From positions 283,149 to 347,148 of the forward strand of contig NW_019217939.1 in assembly GCF_002571385.2 (NCBI RefSeq): a stretch of 64,000 bases of DNA, in the 5' to 3' direction. Made by a program: the position numbers and the translations under genes. Every line of letters starts with the position of its first letter. Position 1 is the first letter of the stretch. Shown here in pieces: positions 38,701-53,300 of this stretch. A model generated the notes under the pieces. The model saw nothing but the letters and a program-made list of their open reading frames with translations. It made no database searches and was not told the origin of the DNA. This stretch comes from Stylophora pistillata. Taxonomy: Eukaryota.

Positions 38701-40107
38701 AGCACGAAAGAAACGTAAGAATCGTGCGAGGCGATAGCCGTGTGCGACTCTAGCTTCTTTAATGGTGTTTATCATTTTTTTATTAAAATAACATTGATAC
38801 ATTGTTGCAAAAGAGTTCCTTTTTAAGTAATACTGCAATCTTACGTGACCAAAAAAAACAAGCGCGCGGAAACTAGTCTTTTCATTTGCTCGTGTCAGCA
38901 GCGTACACCCATGGGCAAATGGTGGACACTGAGTTGACCAATCAAAGCGCACGTTTTACTTTGGTTACGTTATAAAAGAAAGTAATTGAATGGTGATAAG
39001 TTTTTCAGTAGGCTGGCTGACAGCTTTCATTTGACCCACAAAAGACAAACTGCCGGACAAACAGGGAACAAGAGACTGCAAAGTCAAATAATGTCCAAAG
39101 CACAGTGATAGCCACCTCTCAACTGATTCGATTCTCCTGCTCGTGTTTTACAAAATTTTCTCGTGTTCTCTAAACATCCTGCCTTGGTTTTATACTGGTA
39201 AACCATTAGAATGTGTAGTCTATTGTTTAAGTCAATCATCCATTGATTTTGGCGCGATTTTACTGGCTACTTAACGTCACGTGATGCAAAATCCTTGGAT
39301 GGTTCCCACACAACAACCCCCGTCTACGCTGATATCTGTCCTCCGATTACTTCCGCTGAAACGGGAAAGGAAGCCAGCGGAAAAATGCATGCTAAAAAAT
39401 TCCACCTTTCCTCGTTACAGTGAACTAGACCAAGTTCTAAGGCAACATACTTTTTTCTCATCAAGTTTTGAAAAGTACTGCAGAAAATACGAAAATTGAA
39501 AGTATGCTAAATATTGCGATATTTTCGAGGTTTTAATCCAAGGGGTATGCGAGTTTATAATGTTTTGGTCCAATCGTAATGGAAATAAAGTTTTACTGTA
39601 TCAATTAAATGTACTTGCTTACGGCATTCATGCGCACCTGCTATCTAATCAACGAAGGCTTTTTTTCAGAGCATTTTTCGGTGGTGCGATATGAAAATGA
39701 ATGGGAGGGTTCTGAAACATATAAACCGTTCTCTGACTATCTGGTATGTCGGCTGATAATGTCCTTAGCAAAGGGATTGGCCTCAAAATTTCACACTTGC
39801 TCTCGAAGTCTCGCTTCTCACTCAAATATTTCTTTCTCGGACACTCTCTTACCCACGGTGAGAGACTGACACTGGTCAAAACTCCCCCCTCCCCCGTATT
39901 TATAGACGACTGAATTCCTAGGTTTGGAAAGGAAATTTTGTTTACCATCTCTGTCGTTTTATGTATTAAAAACGCAGTTTATACACTTGGCTGCGCGCAG
40001 GTGTTATCCAGTAGTAGGAAAAAAACACATCTGGGTACAATTTAGGAAAATTTGATTTAGCACCTCTTCTCGAATAAGCACCGTGTCGAACATACACCCC
40101 CCCCCCC

Positions 40108-40977
40108 NNNNNNNNNNNNNNNNNNNNNNNNNNNNNNNNNNNNNNNNNNNNNNNNNNNNNNNNNNNNNNNNNNNNNNNNNNNNNNNNNNNNNNNNNNNNN
40201 NNNNNNNNNNNNNNNNNNNNNNNNNNNNNNNNNNNNNNNNNNNNNNNNNNNNNNNNNNNNNNNNNNNNNNNNNNNNNNNNNNNNNNNNNNNNNNNNNNNN
40301 NNNNNNNNNNNNNNNNNNNNNNNNNNNNNNNNNNNNNNNNNNNNNNNNNNNNNNNNNNNNNNNNNNNNNNNNNNNNNNNNNNNNNNNNNNNNNNNNNNNN
40401 NNNNNNNNNNNNNNNNNNNNNNNNNNNNNNNNNNNNNNNNNNNNNNNNNNNNNNNNNNNNNNNNNNNNNNNNNNNNNNNNNNNNNNNNNNNNNNNNNNNN
40501 NNNNNNNNNNNNNNNNNNNNNNNNNNNNNNNNNNNNNNNNNNNNNNNNNNNNNNNNNNNNNNNNNNNNNNNNNNNNNNNNNNNNNNNNNNNNNNNNNNNN
40601 NNNNNNNNNNNNNNNNNNNNNNNNNNNNNNNNNNNNNNNNNNNNNNNNNNNNNNNNNNNNNNNNNNNNNNNNNNNNNNNNNNNNNNNNNNNNNNNNNNNN
40701 NNNNNNNNNNNNNNNNNNNNNNNNNNNNNNNNNNNNNNNNNNNNNNNNNNNNNNNNNNNNNNNNNNNNNNNNNNNNNNNNNNNNNNNNNNNNNNNNNNNN
40801 NNNNNNNNNNNNNNNNNNNNNNNNNNNNNNNNNNNNNNNNNNNNNNNNNNNNNNNNNNNNNNNNNNNNNNNNNNNNNNNNNNNNNNNNNNNNNNNNNNNN
40901 NNNNNNNNNNNNNNNNNNNNNNNNNNNNNNNNNNNNNNNNNNNNNNNNNNNNNNNNNNNNNNNNNNNNNNNNNNNNN
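40108..40977. other. Assembly gap (870 N) following a poly-C run
   Basis: Run of N. ORFs spanning it are artefacts. Confidence 1.
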
Positions 40978-43900
40978 GTCTTTAAACTTGAGTATAAATA
41001 CTGTATGTACAAAGTAGCCTATGAACAACAACGAAAAAGAAGATGAAATTATAGGATTCTCAAAGTTATACTACAAACCTGTGTTCAAATATCCTCAACC
41101 TTTCTACGAGTTAGAGTTGATATTTTTCACCTGAAGTTTTAAATCAAAAATTACAAATAGGATTAGCTATGTTTTCCATTTTTTTGTTTTTTTTTGCTTT
41201 ACTTCCTTACGTGGTGGTGATCAATTAACCAGGATAACAATAGAATAAGTGAAAAGAAAAGCGTGAGATTTTGTGTGGCTTGCCGCTTTCTCACTAAACT
41301 AATCGACATCTTCCTCTACTTCAATCCCAACCTTTCTAATACATGCAACATAGCCCGGAGGCCTTGTGAAATTCAGTATGTAACAATTGAACTGTCCAAA
41401 TATGATAAATCGAGGTGAACAAAAAGATTTAAAGGGAAATACTTATCGGGGCTCAGCCCCGATGTATAACCGGAAGATGATTGGTCTCTTCAGTCTCCTT
41501 ATCCCAAATTTGCACCTGTATGACACAGGTTTTTACTTTTTACAGGTTTTTTTCGTTTTTTAATAACGAATTTCCACTTCTAGTGAGAAGTGAACACCTG
41601 TGCTATTTCTTAGAAACTCTTTCTACTTAGTTCTCGATTAATGTAGCTTAATAACGCAAAACCATTTAACGATTATGCCAAAAACAATGGCACAAATACA
41701 CGATTATCCTCTATGTAAAATAACTCAGCTTTCGTTCGCTATTTTGTATATAATTGAATGTGCTTTAAAGAGGCGATTTCTCAGTAAAAAAAAAAATTGA
41801 AAAAAATTTAAACAGTACGATCTAATTTAGGAATGAGTTACAATTGAAAGAGCTGTAACATTTACGATAACAATCCTGTTCATCATTACAGATCAATATT
41901 CATTTCATTACTTGAATAGTAGAGCAGAAAGGCGAACTGCAAGTCATTAAAAGTATCAAAGATTACCTTAACTATGCTTGGATTATTTGAGCGCAGAGTA
42001 AACTTGCTCTCACTTCCTTCCCCTACTAGTTGTTCTGGGTATCTTATTTTGCACCCTTTGTATGTGAATCAGATAATTTTGTATCATTCGTTCGACCAGT
42101 TTTTCCTTTGTTCATTTATTTGTCTGGCATTTTCCCAATCGCTTGCAAGACCATTGTTCTTTGTATTTGTGCTGACGCTTTTTATTTAAATAAAGAATAA
42201 AACAAAAACATTCTGTGTTTTTCCTTGAAAAACACAACTGGTCACTGCCTTAAAATCTCTGCACATACAATCTGTAGTTGACGAAATACCAGCATTCAAA
42301 GATATCGGTAAAACAGATTCCGTTTTGATGTTATTTTGTCTATACCCGGTAATTCTGAAGTGCGCGTGAAATGTCAATTTACCCCCTCTGTTATCAAATC
42401 GAACTTGTTGTTTATTTCCATTTAGTGGTGAGGATCTGCTAATGCTTAGCTAAAAGCGTCATGGATAGGGTAGTCCACAGCTGGATTGACAAAGCTGATT
42501 TTGAAATTCAACATCTAGTGTTCCATTTACCAAACATATCAATGTCTGTTTAGTTAAGAGGGTATATCTATTCTGATCTTGTCGCTTGAGTTGTTGGCAG
42601 TCTAACAATCTAGCAATTACAGCTTAATTTATTCTATCCTTTGGTAATTTTAACGTGGTAACATAATTGATAAAATGTGTAAACACATTTCTCTTTCAAT
42701 GTTTTCTCTGGAGGAAAACACTTTAATTTTGATCCATATACTTGCAATTTTTTTTTCCGATCCAACAGATTTTTGAGAATATTACCCATTCTTTAGACAA
42801 TTTTATGCGTATTGCATTTCATTTTGCCAACAAAATTTGAAAGATCGAATATGCGTTTATACTTTATTCAGCATCTTTTTTAGGCCTTTAATTTCATCAG
42901 CCCCAGACAAAAAGGAATTTGTTGAACATGGATCGTGGTCACTAACCTCACTCAGAAGGATACTTCGTCAGCCCTTTTCAATTGATTTCATGGCCGGTTG
43001 CTCGGATGAGCCCTTCGGCCTCATTAAATGCGTATTCCTTCGTGGGAAGGAGGAAATAATGCTTAAAAATTCTACGCACTTTTTCAATTATTTTTTTTTA
43101 TTGTAGAGTCTTTGCAAGAAGTTTCTAACATCTTTTAGGACTCGACATTAACAAAAGCTACTTAGTGAGAAGTCCTTTCAAACGGTTCTTTACATCGTAC
43201 TGTGTGGTTGTAGCTCTTGAGTCTGAATATGAAACCCGTTGGAGCGCTACCATCATTTAAACGTAAATTTTGCCCCACAAAGAGGTTCTGACTATTCATT
43301 GTGCGAGTGTAAAATGAAATCACTCAGCGACGTTTTTCAAATAATCAGTACAATGAATTGGGGGAATCCATTCGTGCTTTACTTTTTTCGTGCTTTATTC
43401 TTTGCCTGCTTATACCTCTCAGAATGTTTGTCATGAACACGCTATCAGTTCTGAACCTCTATGGATTGCCTTTGATTTGGGCTTATTAACTTGTCATCCT
43501 CAATTGACAGTTTCTTTGTTTGACAATTAGTAAAGTAAACTGCGCTCCTCACCCATGAAGTGACTCGGTGCTACTTTTGACATTGTGTCAATTAACTGAA
43601 TACTCCTACTCTACCCTTGCTAGGACACTTCGTTTCTATTTACAACATGTATTATCTCATGGTATTGTCTTTGACAAAATATAGAAGAATAAAATAGTTT
43701 TTACTATGGACTCATAAAGGAACCAAATGCGTTCTCAATCCTATAACCTCTTTGTAGTATGTTGTCTGTATGTATGTTTTTGGCATATTTATAAAATCCT
43801 GAAAAAAATAGCTTACATGATTTCTTGGCTCAAAAAAAGAAAAAGAGGAAGTTTGCAGCTCGTGTTGGTGATTTTAATCTAATGTCTGGTTCCATTTTCA

Positions 43901-44137
43901 TTTTGGTTGCTACTGGTAACGCATTTGGTGGACGTGACTTTTTCTATGTCAGCTGCTAATTTCTCATGGTCCTCACATGGACTATGCAAGCTTATTTAAC
44001 TGGTACATTAGGAGTCACCTGGTGAAATAAGAGGAAGATGAAAGCGGTGACAGGCCGTTGATTTCCCAGCAAAATTGGCTGATGGGCGTCATTTAAATTT
44101 TCTGCATATGAACACACACCCAACCCCCAATTTCAAC

Positions 44138-44298
44138 ATTCACTCTCATGAAGGTCTAAAGCTCGAAACGTCCGCTTTGAAACTCTTTACCGTGGCCAAT
44201 TTGCATTATCAATTCGGTTATTAAAACGGAATTACCTTGTCATACTCCCCCACCGACGCAGCATCACGGTTTCTCGAGAAACTTAACCCCTTTATTCA
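44138..44298 (+). mobile_element. Decayed copy of the Penelope-like repeat end
   Basis: CTCATGAAGGTCTAAAGCTCGAAACGTCCGCTTT...TTTACCGTGGCCAATTTGCATTATCAA...CGACGCAGCATCAC...AAACTTA is colinear with 19633-19780. Confidence 0.75.
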
Positions 44299-47200
44299 TT
44301 TGTCATTTAAACTGATTCTTATGTAAACAAGAAAGAATGTCCAAGAGAAGAATTACGAAAGAACAAAGTCAGGCAAGTTACTCTCAGCAAAAATAACGTT
44401 GCCATTTTTTTTACAAGCTGAAATCGACATATCTGAAGATCGATAAAAAACCAGAAAGGGATTAAAAAGGTAACGGATATTTGATATTCATTCCCTTCCC
44501 TGGATAGCAATAGATTGAAATACTTATTACTTTACATAAAAATTTCCTGAAATTATTTCTACTTTGCTCTCCATAAGTCCTTTAAGTCCTTTGCCTTTAC
44601 TTCTACTCCATTTTCAAAAGATCATCTTGTTCCTTTTTGTACTCGTTCGTACACACTGGTTTGAGTCATAGGCAAACGAATAGTGTATATGAGCTAGTCA
44701 CCAAGGCCAAACACTGGTAAATGCACGCACAAAAATCTTTAAACATCATACTGATGTTGCGAAGGTAGAACAAAGAATGTATGATCAAACTCTTTTACTG
44801 ACCATAACTAGAAAGACCTCCTCTTTACCATTAAAACTACGTTCATTGACGATTATGGTTTATAAAAACGATTTTCCGCGAGTGTTTTGCATTTAGAGGT
44901 ATAAAATTTTAGAGCTGAATAGTATTGTATCGCATGCAGAGAGACAGTCCAAGGCTGTCCTATTGTTTTTTCCAAGTTACCAAGCACAGCAAAAATTTCC
45001 AAAAAACTTAGAATTCTTTGCTTTGCTAATGTTTAGTTCTTCACTCTTTGTCTGACCGAAGTTAAATTCTCGTCCGAGTGTAGGCCTTCTATCGCAGATA
45101 TTTAAAGTGGCTCTTTGGCGGTGTTATGTAATGTTCCCTAGCCTAACGCAGTTAGTATTTTTGAACAGTTACACAAAGAAAGAAAAGAGTTTTTCCATTA
45201 CAAAAACAGCGATGTGAGGTTACTTACTCAGGAAAAGATAAGTTTCCCTTCTGAAGTAGATTTGTCGTTCTTGGCCTAATGAAATCTTTCTCGTCTGTAA
45301 GAGTCTTTCGATAACGGCCCCTTTTAACTAATAGCGCTGAAATTATCAAGTAATAGGTGAATAAACACTTCTTTTTCACGAGGAAGTAAACAAGTGGACA
45401 TTCAGATCAGATCAAACAAGATCTCTTATTAATGGAAGACTAAGAAAATTAGCTGCCAGTTAGTTGGAGAGGTATATCTATTTAGACAGAGAGAGAATAA
45501 ATTAATCTTTCTTAAAGAATATTCTAAATTGTTCAGAGGTTCTACAAAAGTAGGTTTATCTTCTCAAGAAATGAAGACAAAACTGAGACGACTATGGAAA
45601 TTTCTTATGAAAAAAACCGATACATTGTTGATCTGGTCATTACCTGAGCAGACGACAAATGCGTTATAATTACTTATATAACTTATAAATCTGCGTAAAT
45701 GAAAATCCCAAATAAGTAAAGAAAGCGGAAGATGACGTCTTTGAAAATATATGAGCAGTTCCAAAATTGATTTTTTAAAACATTCATTCCATTAAGAGAG
45801 TAAATAAAAAAGAGTTTAGTGAAATGAAAATTTAGATTGTTTGGTTTTCCTGCCGGAAAAAAAACATATTCCGAACAAACAGTACTAACCTAAACGATGA
45901 AAGATGTATTAAAATGATTCTTCACGTAATTATGTTAAAACGTTTTGTAATCTCCGATATGAATTATCCTCTCAAGAGCTAACAGTTTCAATATTCTAGA
46001 AATATAAGTTATAAAAATTGGATCATTTTAAGAGAGAAAATCAGAAAGATTCGGTTAAAAGATTGTCGCCAAAATAACGTCACATTTGAATAAAGGATAA
46101 ACACGGATGATGGATTTCGAATGAGAGATTAATTTGTAACTTGCATCACGTGCTTAAAAAGAAGTTAAGGATGAATAAAAAGATCCGTAAAATTTCTTAT
46201 ACGTCCTAAATTCATGCAATGTTTCTCATAATACTGCCTTAATCTTGTTGAAGACGCTTTGAGGAAAATGAATTGATAAATGTGTGTATACTCTAGGATA
46301 AAAGGAAAGGTATCAGTCAGGTTAACCAGTTGCAGAAATAAAAGAACAAATTGATTAAAATAAGAAAACATTTGTCATGTTAGTTCCTGGTTCGTCAAAA
46401 TATGGAAATCATTTGAATGAAGCTTCCTGTTTTGAGTTAACAACAATCTTATCTACTAATACGGATAATTATTTTATGGGCTGAGGTAGATAATTCATTA
46501 ATTGTCTCGAGCGTAAGATTTGACTTTCCCTGCAGCAGATTAAAGAGTTTTTGCTTGTTAGGCATTAACTTGATCAATCTAAATCTTTTCCAAACGACGA
46601 CATAATTTTCCGAAATTACTCGAATACGAATCGAGCAATAGAGAGAATCTGTTATTTGGTTATGGCTGAGATACCTGTCTCTTGAAACGGTTCGTGTATG
46701 CATTCAAACTTAAACACATGACAAAATACAGTACAGGTACAAAAGTTTCTTCTTAAAGAAAAGATGGATTCATTTTAGTAGCGCATTCATAAAAAATAAT
46801 TAGGAAATTTAGTTCTGATAGCACATCGTATTACAGATTGAATTGATCAGACTAGCTCTTTCTTCAAAGTAGACAATTAAATACTCATTTATGAAAGAAC
46901 AAATAAAATTATTTTCAACCAACAAGATTTTCTTCTGTATTTTAATGCGCAGTCTCAATTTTCACCTGAATAAGGAAATTTCAAACGAACTATCGAATTT
47001 TTGCGTTTATATTATTAGCTTAAGTTAGCTGATATCACTAATTTGACAGTCTAAAACGTCATCATGATGTTTTAAAACAGATGGTTTTTCCAACGGTAAA
47101 AGTGGAAAATATCGGTAAACGTAACAGCCTTTAACGTTTCCAAGAATTTCAATAACAACCACGTTGTTCGTCTTTTGTAATTATTATCGCTCCGGAGAAA

Positions 47201-47989
47201 CATAATTGAATTTAAATAAATTTCAAGTGAGTTGTGCGAAAGAAAAGGCTCTTTAAATGTATATGAAAGAGTTCTCTAGCGTTCTGTCCTCTCTATAGTC
47301 TCCTTCGCAGCCGTTGTTTGGGCTCGTCACGCAACGCTCCCTCCCTCTACAGATCAATTTAGGCGCGCGGTCAAACAGAGATAATATATGAAGGAGAACA
47401 TGGACAAACTAAAAAAAAGATGTGTTGGACGATTTCTATAACTTTGGTTTGTGTCTAATGTTTGGATGGCTCTTAAAAGACGAGATCGTACGTTTGGCTT
47501 TTAACTTCTTTGATTGACTTTCAACAGAGACAAGTGAAATGAAATTGCTTGGTCAATTTTTTGCACTTGACTGCTTGAGCGTGAGTCGAAAAAAGGGACT
47601 GCGAAGTGGCGTAGCCTGAAAACACAAATATAAGAATCATAAATATTTAAAGGAGGAACTTTATCTGAGCGTGACCGGAATATATTCATTGTTTGATTGT
47701 TTGTTTTCTAACAGATGGACAGAACGCGGGGAGGGGAGGAAGGGAGAAAAATGTCAGGTGTCTGTTGATGTAAGGTACGCCTAATACGCGTTTTATCGTA
47801 GCAGGACAATGATCAACTCCAAACTTGCTTTTGACCGTAATTCTCTCGCTCTATATAAAGCGAACCATTGCCTCTGATGTTTTGGGAAACAGTCTTTTTG
47901 TCTCTTAACCATCGAATTGCGACCCTTAGGAATAAATTAATAAAAATAATTATTGAGGGTGTTACATATACAGAACATTTTATCCCAAC

Positions 47990-48380
47990 GGCACGTCCAC
48001 ACATTTCCGTATTCGTTTGAAAACGCAACTTTCGAGTCCACTCGTAGCGTTTTCGCATCGTTTTCTCCCGTCCACACGTACACGATGAATCGATTTAAAA
48101 ACGATAATAACTTTTAAATGATAACGCGACAGCGCATGCTTAACTCATGCGTATTCGCTATTATGAGCTTGCGAAGTGAAATGGAATAAATAATGTGAGG
48201 TAATTTTTTTTTTAAAAGTTCTATTTTCGTCCATCTACTCGTACACGCGAAAAAGGCCTTTTCAGAAAGTTGCATTCTCGTTTTCAGTGATCGTTTCCAA
48301 TGGATACGTATGGAAGAAAGCCGTAACTTTAAGGAAAAAGTTGCGTTTTCAAATGAAAACGGATACGTGTGGACGGGGCC
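47990..48380. mobile_element. Degenerate MITE (Harbinger-like TIR GGCCCCGTCCACAC)
   Basis: ~43-bp imperfect inverted ends: GGCACGTCCACACATTTCCGTATTCGTTTGAAAACGCAACTTT / AAAGTTGCGTTTTCAAATGAAAACGGATACGTGTGGACGGGGCC. Confidence 0.8.
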
Positions 48381-50150
48381 TTGCCGAAATTTCACTGTCA
48401 AGCATAGGCTAAGACGACTGACAGATCCGGAGATCTCGTCAGTTTTCGGAAAAAGCAATAGATTACCATAATCCCATAATCTCCAGGAATAGCCATGAAG
48501 TGATAAGTTGTTTTCACGATTGTTGTTGTTATTGCCAGCAGCAGCTGTTCTTGCTATTCTCCTTGCTGTCTTAGCTAAATACGCAAAGTATTTGAAGTTG
48601 ATTTGTTCCATATATATAACCATTGACTGGTTAAAACACACGAGCAGTGGTATCATTCAGAAACCCCCCGTACTGTACGTGAAACTATGCACTCTGTAAC
48701 GGAAACCTTCCGCAAGCTGACATCTCGAAAACGTCCCCTTTTTTAGCGAGGTCATTTAATGCTCCGGAGCTCACTTTCTCTAAAACGAAAATTTAGGCTT
48801 AATCTTTTTTTATTAGTTTTCTTCTATCATTAGAGAGTTTTTAAAATCAATTATGTCAGGAAGCTGAAATTCTCGCCATGTACGATGGATATAAGAAAAC
48901 ATCCGTCCATGAGTGTTTTTTATAGCTTAATCACTTCCGGTTGTTTTTAAAGGCGCGCTACATGTAACTTATACTTATCATTAAATTACGATTACAGAGC
49001 ACAAGGCGCTTGGCAATCACTTTGGGAAAAACACCGTCAAAACAGATTTTTCTAAGAAAACAACTCTTCTTCGTGGTAAAAAGGTGGACGTCCTCGTTTT
49101 TTAAAGAGGTAAAGTTCTAAAATTTTGTTGTAATTTACGACCTTAAAACGTAAACAAATTAAATTTGACGTTGTTGACTGCGTAATGAAAGTTTTGAGTA
49201 CAGCTTCGGGTACAAAAAAAGGCCTTTACAAGTTTGAGATGTTTGTGATCTTCCAGTTTTTTAACAATATCAAGAGATGATTGAGAACTTACTATGTTTG
49301 AATGACATTTGTGGTTTTCAATTTTATTGCAGTTTAAGTTTGCTTTTTAAATACTCCGTGTGACTTACAAAAATATCCGAAATAGAACGGATATTATGTC
49401 TAAACGTACTGTTAGAAGTGGTTCTATTTCTCAGTACTCTTTTAAGGTCAGAGTTTGTATATTTTATCGTTTTATATTCAAGTTATGCGTCGGCAATCCT
49501 TTAGAACATTTGCCATCCTTACTCCCTCACAGTCATTTTTTATTTATCCTTTGTCCTAATATGTTGCTTTCCATACCTTCAAACTATAAACAATTTTTGG
49601 TTCTCTACTCGTGGAATTAGTTTTGCATGTTACAGATTGATCACTTTAAGAGACGTGACTTTAGTCATTTCAGACTAATCGTGTTTCTGACTTCCTCTTA
49701 CATTGGGGGCTGTCATTGTGTTTTTCCTAATGCCCCATCAAAATGCTTAGTTTTTAGACGACGTGGTCGAAACAGTGACGCAAAGTCTGACATTAAGTCT
49801 GCTAACATTTCAAATTTCGCGAACCTAATTAAGGACGATTCTTGTCGTCGCTCACCATTAACATCTCCCTTCCCAAGTCCTTGTTCGTCCATTAGCTAAC
49901 CGTGTTATAAATGAATTTCAAATCTCATTTCATTTCATTTTCTAAATTAAATTTCCCCTTATGTTTCAACGGCGTATAACGAGATGTTTAATTTATTTAC
50001 AACTCCAATTAAGATATTCTCAAAAACGCAGTCCTTTTCAAAGATGAGTGTTTGCCGTCAGGAGCTGAAAAGTAAGGACCTAGACTCTTTAAGGCTTGGA
50101 GAAGAACTTTCTTATCGTAGATCTTAGATTGTTTTGAATTCCCTTATTAA

Positions 50151-50354
50151 CCCTTTAACTCCCATGAGTGACCAAGAGAGAATTTCTCCTTACAATATCA
50201 ATACAATATCAAGCAGACAAGTAATAAGAATAAGGAAAAAAGAAAATGGGGAGATCATCAATTGATCCAATACCAAATTCTCCAAACTTACACGATAAGA
50301 ATTGTATGGCAGACAGTGAGGAGAATTGCTAATGAGATCTTGGCAGTTAAAGGG
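50151..50354. mobile_element. piggyBac-like MITE
   Basis: TTAA|CCCTTTAACTCCCA ... TGGCAGTTAAAGGG|TTGA: CCC/GGG termini with a TTAA-type TSD (one mismatch); 204 bp. Confidence 0.8.
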
Positions 50355-53300
50355 TTGAGTTGTTGAGAAACGTGATGATCAAAGTTTGCTTAGCGTCGAA
50401 CTTTCCGTAACACTCAATCCCTAAGATAAACTTTGACCAAGTTTTTCAGCTCAGTTCCGGAAGAGTTAATCCAATACGAAGACTTGTTTTTGAAAAGTGT
50501 TAATTCCTTAAAAGGACTCTAATTTGATACATACACGACTCCTCCCTCAGGAAAAGTTAAGGATTTCAGCTTTCCGTTATTAATTCTTAAAGTTATCTTG
50601 TCAATCCATGGTTGGTAAAAAAAGTGAAAGTTCCATATTTGATCAATGAAGAAGAATAATCAAATTGGGCGAACACGACCCATTAGGTCAAATCATCCCC
50701 TTACATCTGGTAGCAAGGAAAATAGCTCCCCCCTGCCCTTAGTACAGAATGTTGTAAAGGCGAAGTTCCGCATCTAATCCTTCGTCGAGCCTCTTTAAAA
50801 AAAGGTTTTAGCTACTCACATTGTAGTGATAGTAAAAGACCACTAAAGCGATTGAAACGAGGGTAGTTATTTTCAGAAATTTACAGTAGCCAAGGCCAAA
50901 TGGTACTACTATTTCAAAGTGTCCAGCACTTCGGTGTTACAACTAATTTGTCTAAAAAAATACTTCTATGTTCAATATTTCATAAGTATTGCTCAGCACT
51001 CCAACACCTCCAAATCGCAAGAGACTTTGGTAAGAACTCAAACTTAGCGCGTGTAGCGTGCGAATTTTCCTGAATAGCTGCTTTCAAATTTAGATGTGAG
51101 AGAGGCAACACAGGAAACGATCTAATCGCATTAAGCTTTGTTATCGCCGTAACTGCTCGCCCTTTTGAGTTCCGCTGGGAGACTCGCTCATAGCTTTATA
51201 TGAACTGAAAAGCTTGCTTTCCTCAACGTCATCATGAGTTGCCCACTCATCTATTTCTACACACTGACTTAGTCAGCTTTTTACTAAGTACCGATAGCGG
51301 TGACTTTCGTGAAGTTTAGAGCTTAAACACGTCAAAATGATCTTGGCCCGTAACGTGTTTACAACACCCACGCTAGATCACGTTCTAGCGTTTCTATTTC
51401 AATGCAAAAGGTCAGCAATCTTCAGTCATGTATTATTGATGAAAACTACATTAATAGAATAAACCGTACTTTAGTCAACAATCTCAGTTTCGCATAGTTT
51501 CTACTACAGTCTTTCGGGGACAGGGATAACACACCCAGTACCAGGTTTGATTGAGGTAATGCGGCAGCAGCTACGGACCAAACCCTGCAGCGAGTCGTTT
51601 ATCAAAGTGGGAAACGGAAATGATAGCAAAGGCTGCTAGAACTACGCACGCGATTTTCGCCAGCAGACTTTCAGGGTTAAGGTGCGAGACCTGCTCTTCT
51701 GTTTTTGACAAGACATAAAACCAAATTGGCGCGCGAATATAGGATAAAAATAAGATAAAATATGCCGCTTGATACGAAATTATGACAACTGGTGAAAAAA
51801 AACAGATTAATGGTGAGGAAATTTGATAAAAACAATTAAGGCTTACAAGGTTACAGATTCCCTTACAACTAGTGCATGATAAAAAAAAACTAGACGGATC
51901 CAGGTCGTTCGGCATCCACTGAATAATTCTCTATTCCGTAGATAGAGTACGTTTTGTCAACACATATTCGCCGGGTAGCGATTTATCCGTTGGATAGCGT
52001 TTTCTGCTCTTTGAACGACTGAATATGATCAATAACGCGGTGACAAGGCCATATGATAATCCATTGTAGAAATAGTACTTGTTGAGAAAATATCGAGGAA
52101 AATACAGCATTTGATTTCGCAGCTCCTTTGTTTCAATGGATTTACAATCGAGTTTCATTCAGAACTTCATAATTGTACATCCTTAGCAGTATAAGCACAT
52201 TAAATGAAGTTGTTGGAGGCTTGAATATTTTACCATTGTGAAAGGCTCCCTCATATCGTACATTTATTAAATATAGTTTCATTCTCAGACCTGAAAATTT
52301 AGAGCCTTCTAGCTTGAAGAGCTAAATGAGCAATTGCATTTTAGAGAACTTTTCAGTAGCTTCCAATTGGGTGGTTACAGTTTACATGTCAGCAAACAGC
52401 ACAAGCTCAGGGATTGCGAGTTTTCCATGGAGAGCTTTGATAAAGAGTCATCTGCGAATAACAACCACTTGTCTTGGAAGGTGTCCTTTTAGTTGTCAAT
52501 TGAACTGAATGTTAGCCTCGATGATTAAGTTCAGTATCTTCCCTGATATCTAAAGATATCTTTTAGGTACAATTAAATCGTCCAGTAATGTAACTATATA
52601 AGGCTAGGATAAAAGTAGGTCGTGTTTTTTTATTTCCTCTTGCAATGATTTGCGTAAATTAGATATGCAAACAGGAAAACAGCGAAATGTTTGAAAGCGA
52701 AGAGTCAACCACGATGATAAAGGTTATGCATGAGTTCTGCACAGTCATGTAAGGCCGGTTTACCTTAAGGCGACTGAATGTCAAACTGCGGTTGTGACTT
52801 ACATCGAAAATGAGGAAAATTTGTAGTGGCTGACTCTATTGTTGTGTTGTTATTGGCTTTACAGTTTTTGCCGAGTACTGTAAATAGCTAAAGCACTCCA
52901 ACTGTGGTCACTTAAATCACTGATGTAAAAAGCACTGTTTTAGGGTTTTTTTTTTTTCATAAATCGGCTCGATTGAAAGGAGAGAAAGGCTTTGGTCAGT
53001 ATTGTGGTGTGGTGTGGGTTTTGGCGTAGATCCAACTTCGCCACTCTAGAGTATGTCCGGTATGTTCTGTTCGAGGGAAGTCGTAACATTTTCTTCAAAT
53101 AAACTCAGAGCTATACCGATCGACTCTTCTATGACATAAAACGTAGCGGCACTTCGAAGGCCACTTAGCTGTTCAAAATAAAAAGTACCTGCACTTGACA
53201 TATATGTAAGAACTATAGGTAGATGAGTCGACCTCAGGCATATTTGGTTCCTGGCAATATATTATGTTCACTTGAGATGCTATTTTGTTTAACTTTTGCT

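Noticed and set aside
39966-41031. Three long ORFs (300-348 aa)
   Set aside because: Artefacts of translating the N gap.
48114-48656. 180-aa minus-strand ORF
   Set aside because: Runs through a MITE, has low-complexity content and shows no transposase or other motif.
52430-52490. Minus-strand LLFADD, resembling a reverse transcriptase motif
   Set aside because: Short frame bounded by stops, with no other RT motifs nearby.
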